A DNA stretch of 64,000 nucleotides from Eledone cirrhosa (lineage: Eukaryota), in the NCBI GenBank assembly GCA_964016885.1, contig OZ024763.1:4960001-5024000 (forward strand), written 5' to 3'. Positions 58,306 to 64,000 of this stretch are shown piece after piece (positions within the stretch are counted from its first letter, which is position 1; each line of letters begins with the position of its first letter). The position numbers were made by a program, and so were the translations under genes. The notes below the pieces were generated by a model. It was not told where the DNA came from, ran no database searches, and saw only the letters and a program-made list of their open reading frames with translations.

Positions 58306-58400
58306 TGCTGTTTATTCTGGCGGATGGCTTTGAATTCTTGTTTATTTGAACGTTAAAACTAAAATTAAACATCCACTAATAATTGACAAGAAAGTAAAAA

Positions 58401-58460
<60 letters not shown>

Positions 58461-58601
58461 CACAGACTTGCTCACACATATAAATACATATACATACACA
58501 CACACACACACATATACATACAAATATATATATATATATACACACATACATGTGCACACATAAATACATATACATACACACACACACATATATACATACA
58601 A

Positions 58602-58687
<86 letters not shown>

Positions 58688-58879
58688 TATATTGGATTGG
58701 CAGTATCGGCAGAGGGTCGGACGCCATGCTCTGCAGCAAAGAGTTACATCCCTGTATGATCTGAGTTCAAATCCCGCCGAGGTTAACTTTGCCTTTCATC
58801 CTTTCCGGGGGGTCGATAAAATAAAGTACCAGTAATACACTCAGATAATTGCTGGCCTTGTGCCAAAAGTAGAACCAAT

Positions 58880-58910
<31 letters not shown>

Positions 58911-58912
58911 GT

Positions 58913-59108
58913 ATAACGAAGGAAATGTGGTAAGGAACCAGGTGGACCATAACGCACCAAAGTACTCAATACTTGAGGTAGTAGAGTGGGTAATAGGAAC
59001 CAGTAAGACCCCGACAGCTGAGCTCAAGCCGTTTCGACGGCTAATTCATCACCGAATTAGCCGTCGAAACGGCTTGAGCTCAGCTGTCGGGGTCTTACTG
59101 GTTCCTAT
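58913..59108 (-). mobile_element. Family C fold-back element, 55-bp arms, 6-nt spacer
   Basis: Arms 58993-59047 and 59054-59108. Confidence 0.9.
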
Positions 59109-59109
59109 A

Positions 59110-59214
<105 letters not shown>

Positions 59215-59560
59215 CACGGTAGCATTAAACAGCAGCAGCAGCAGTAGCATCAACACCAACAACAACAACAAGGAGAAGAATTGTCAGAAGAGAGTTATGT
59301 AAGCTATCTGCTGTGAGAGAACTTGATATTGAGAGGAAGGAAGTCTGATAAAAGGAGTCATGGCAGCTGGTTTGATGGAAATACTGGTGAGCTCACACAT
59401 ACTCATCATATGTATATATATGTATATATATATTTATACACATACATACATATATATATATATATTTATACATATACATACATATATATATATATATATA
59501 TATTTATACATATATATATATATATATTTATAGACATACATACATATATATATATATATG

Positions 59561-59621
<61 letters not shown>

Positions 59622-59725
59622 ATATATATATGTATATATATATGTATATGTATAAATATATATATATATATATGTATAAATATATATATGTATGTATGTG
59701 TATAAATATATATATATATGTATAA

Positions 59726-59784
<59 letters not shown>

Positions 59785-60081
59785 TATATACACATATATA
59801 TATATACATACATATATACACATATATATATACACACAGAATCACATATATATACATATATACATACATATACATGCATAGACACATATTCACACATACA
59901 TATACACACATGCATATAAATTCATACACACGCACACACACATATATATATATATACACACATACATATGTGTATATGTAAATATGCACCAAAACACACA
60001 CACTTATGTGTGTATATATATATATATACACTTACACAAATACACACACACATATATATATATATATATACACACACATAG

Positions 60082-60122
<41 letters not shown>

Positions 60123-61124
60123 CAGTTACATACATACACACATTTTATATACATATATATTTATATATGCATATATACACACATACATATACAGAGACAA
60201 ATCACATACAAACAATCACAAGCACACACACAATATATATATACGCACGCACATATATACACACAAACGCTCAAATATTCATGTATACAAATATATATAG
60301 CTATAAACATACTGGTGTAACATATGTAAACATATGAATAGCCTGTATATACACACATATACACACTTAGCATCATAGTAGAGTTGGAATATACACAGAC
60401 AGATGCCCACATCCATACACACACACATATATATATACACACATATACATATATACACATATACACACATATATATACATATACATACACATATATATAT
60501 ATACACACATATATATATATATATATACATATACATACACATATATATATATACACACACATATATATGTATATACATATACATACACATATATACACAC
60601 ATATATATATATATATACATATACATACACATATATATATACATATACATACACATATATATATATACACACATATATATATATATACATATACATACAC
60701 ATATATATATATACACACACATATATATGTATATACATATACATACACATATATACACACATATATATATATATATACATATACATACACATATATATAT
60801 ACATATACATACATATATACATATACATACATATATATATACATATACATACATATATATATACATATACATACATATATATATATATATACATATACAT
60901 ACATATATATATACATATACATACATATATATATACATATACATACATATATATATACATATACATACACATATATATATACATATACATACATATATAT
61001 ATATACATATACATACATATATATATACATATACATACATATATATATACATATACATACACATATATATATACATATACATACATATATATATATATAC
61101 ATATATATATATACATATACATAC

Positions 61125-61155
<31 letters not shown>

Positions 61156-61430
61156 CATATACATACATATATATATATATATACATATATATATACATAT
61201 ATATATATATACATACATATATATATATATATACATACATACATACATATACATACTTACATACATATACATACATATACATACATACATACATATACAT
61301 ACATATACATACATACATATACATACATATATATACATATACATACATACATATATATACATATACATACATATATATACATATACATACATACATATAT
61401 ATATATCAATATATATATATATATACATAC

Positions 61431-61490
<60 letters not shown>

Positions 61491-61512
61491 CAATATATAT
61501 ATATATATATAC

Positions 61513-61587
<75 letters not shown>

Positions 61588-61691
61588 TATGAATATTAAA
61601 ATATATACATGTATTTATACACACATATATACATAAATACACACATATACATACACATCCAAGATAAATGGTGAAAATAAAGGATGTAAAG

Positions 61692-61836
61692 AATAAAATA
61701 AAATAAAATAAAATAAAATAAAATAAAATAAAATAAAATAAAATAAAATAAAATAAAATAAAATAAAATAAAATAAAATAAAATAAAACAAAATAAAATA
61801 AAATAAAATAAAATAAAATAAAATAAAATAAAATAA
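61692..61836. repeat. (AAAAT)n microsatellite
   Basis: Direct reading. Confidence 0.95.
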
Positions 61837-62877
61837 ATTAAAACAAAATGGAGGAATGGATGTAAGTCGGCCATGTTTAAGTTTGGCCTACAACAACAGT
61901 TCCTTTCCTTAATTGAAATTCCTGTCACACATTCTTTTACGTAAAGACCGTTTCAAAAGAGAGAGAAACTCTTTTACCATTTCCCAGTATCAACTACAGC
62001 CTTTTTAAGATTTACTTCCATTTCCTCTTGGATAGAAGCCACCACCGAGCTTGTCTATAAGACAGGAAAGAGTGACAGGCGTAGGTAGGACAAAGTTGAA
62101 GACAGGGGCCGACTGTTTTAAGGTACTCCTGTAGTTTAAGTTGTACAAAAGTACTTAATGAGACATTTCTAAAATCTACTCGTTTCCTTCTTCTTCATTT
62201 TTCAGAGTATTTCTGACCGAACGGTAACTTATCCCGAATAAAGAAAAGAAATGAACAACTTTTTAACTCAAGCATGGGTTGCTACAACGAAGCAGAGACT
62301 AGAAAACTAGTAGGGCCATACATAGTAGGAAAACTAAGCAACATGCCCAACCTCAGTAGAATATTGGGATTTTAAATGTGGCAGAGCTCATCTACTCTTC
62401 TGGTCTGAACACAACCGATTTCTTCCAAAGAAGGATAGAAAATGAGAGAATAGAAGCGAAAAAGAGACATAGAGGAAGAATTAACCCAGTACTAGACTGG
62501 TATTTTTTTTTATCGACCTCGAAAGGATGAAAGGTAAATTTGACCTCGATATGTGTATAATCAAACATATATTATATTGATAAAGAAACATTACACCTAG
62601 CCACCTTCCATAATAAAGAGTTGAGTTGGAAACATATAATATGAAATTATTGTGCATAGTGTTTAGGTGCACTACAACTCATCAAAGGTGCATGTATAGT
62701 AGATAGAATAATGTACAAATGTCAGGAAAGTGAACAGTGTATGTTGGAAATCTCTACAATATCTCACGGAATTAACCATTTTACCACTGAGAACTCTTCT
62801 AAAATAAACCTCTAACATTGAATGAATTAAAAACAAATTTCATATACAGAAGCATACAGAATAATTATAAACCAAAC

Positions 62878-63035
62878 AGAAACAAAAAGAGGAATATCAT
62901 CTGATTCACTCAACACGTCTCTTCAAAAAGCTAACATCAATCACCAAGCATACGTCCCAACTGACTATAGATAAGGTATTCAACAGAAACAACACAAAAG
63001 TAAGCTACACCTGCACAAACAACACTCAAAATAAA
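62878..63035 (+). pseudogene. Degenerate Penelope-like element (probably Naiad-type) ORF fragment
   Basis: RNKKRNII*FT (62878-62910) and, after a frameshift, DKVFNRNNTKVSYTCTNN (62970-63023). These resemble the RNIIWFNPP...KIFNRNTVKVSYSC motifs recalled from PLE proteins. Confidence 0.65.
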
Positions 63036-63847
63036 TAAATGACTATATAAATAAATAAACACGCCCTAAAAGTTTTAAAGAATGAAATATCGAGAAAACT
63101 ACAGACCATAATACATATATATCTATATATTTGCATGTGTGGTTCGAAATACACACACACACACACTCACACACGCACACACACACACACACGCACGCCC
63201 CCCCCACATATATAAATGTTTTGCTACTATTCTATGAGAAAATTCCAATAGCATTTTCTAATATAAATATATGAAGGTGTGTGTGTGTAATAAATACATA
63301 TATATATATTATGAGTACAGCTTAAGCAAAGAATTTCTGCTTTCAAGCCTATTACGGCATATTTTGAAACTTTAATCTGTATTAATAATAAATATTTGCT
63401 CTACGGGTTTATATATACTTTTTTTTTAATTCATATATATAATCCTTATTGAATCCTCATCAGATTTTAGTTTTCGTAATTATTATTATTGGTGAATTGA
63501 CAGTATCGATAGAGGGTTGGACGCCATGCTTTCTAGCATAGTTACGTCCCTTTACAGTCTGAGTTCAAATCCCGCCTAGGTTAACTTTGCCTTTCATCCT
63601 TACGGGGGTCGATAAAATAAAAAAAAGTACCAATAATGCACTGGGTTATTGCTGGCCTTGTGCCTAAAGTAGAAACAATTATTATTATTATATATATAAA
63701 TATACATACATACATACACACACACATATATATATATATATATAAACATACATACACACACATATATATATAAGTTTATCCCAGGTTCAATCGGGGGTAA
63801 CCACAGTAAGTAAGGAACTCAATACGTAAACATTATTACATGATGCT

Positions 63848-63903
<56 letters not shown>

Positions 63904-64000
63904 AGCATCATGTCATTTTTACAGTTCTAAAGCTTCATGAATAAATCTAACACTACATATTTTCAAAAAATTTTTTGCTGGGTATTCCGACCATTGAGTT

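Noticed and set aside
57368-58372. Extensin/formin-like proline-rich 334-aa ORF (also 21522-22320)
   Set aside because: Triplet (GGT/CCA) repeat that is open on both strands, with no non-repetitive domain.
62902-62904. In-frame TGA as selenocysteine in the PLE fragment
   Set aside because: It aligns to a Trp position (TGG>TGA) in a frameshifted relic, so it is simple decay.

Overview
AT-rich eukaryotic non-coding DNA (intergenic or intronic) dominated by (TA)n, (CA)n, (TACA)n, (GA)n and (GGT)n microsatellites, four minisatellites, two tRNA-derived SINE families and LINE remnants. The repeat repertoire resembles an octopod cephalopod genome (inference). Almost all supplied ORFs are translations of microsatellites, and no complete host gene is evident. 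The main signal is at least 15 type I hammerhead ribozymes (CTGANGA...GAAA...NUH with pairing stems) from about 8 unrelated short element families. These elements sit in or against (TA)n tracts and are often preserved as near-perfect fold-back palindromes with 55-210 bp arms. Within a family the outer inversion junction is fixed and the inner junction varies, which suggests a Penelope-like-element-driven, TA-targeted, twin-primed retroposition system. A degenerate Penelope-like ORF fragment lies at about 62.9 kb. There is also a ~40-copy minisatellite carrying a full CRE palindrome in nearly every unit. Coordinates of interspersed repeats were read by eye and are approximate.
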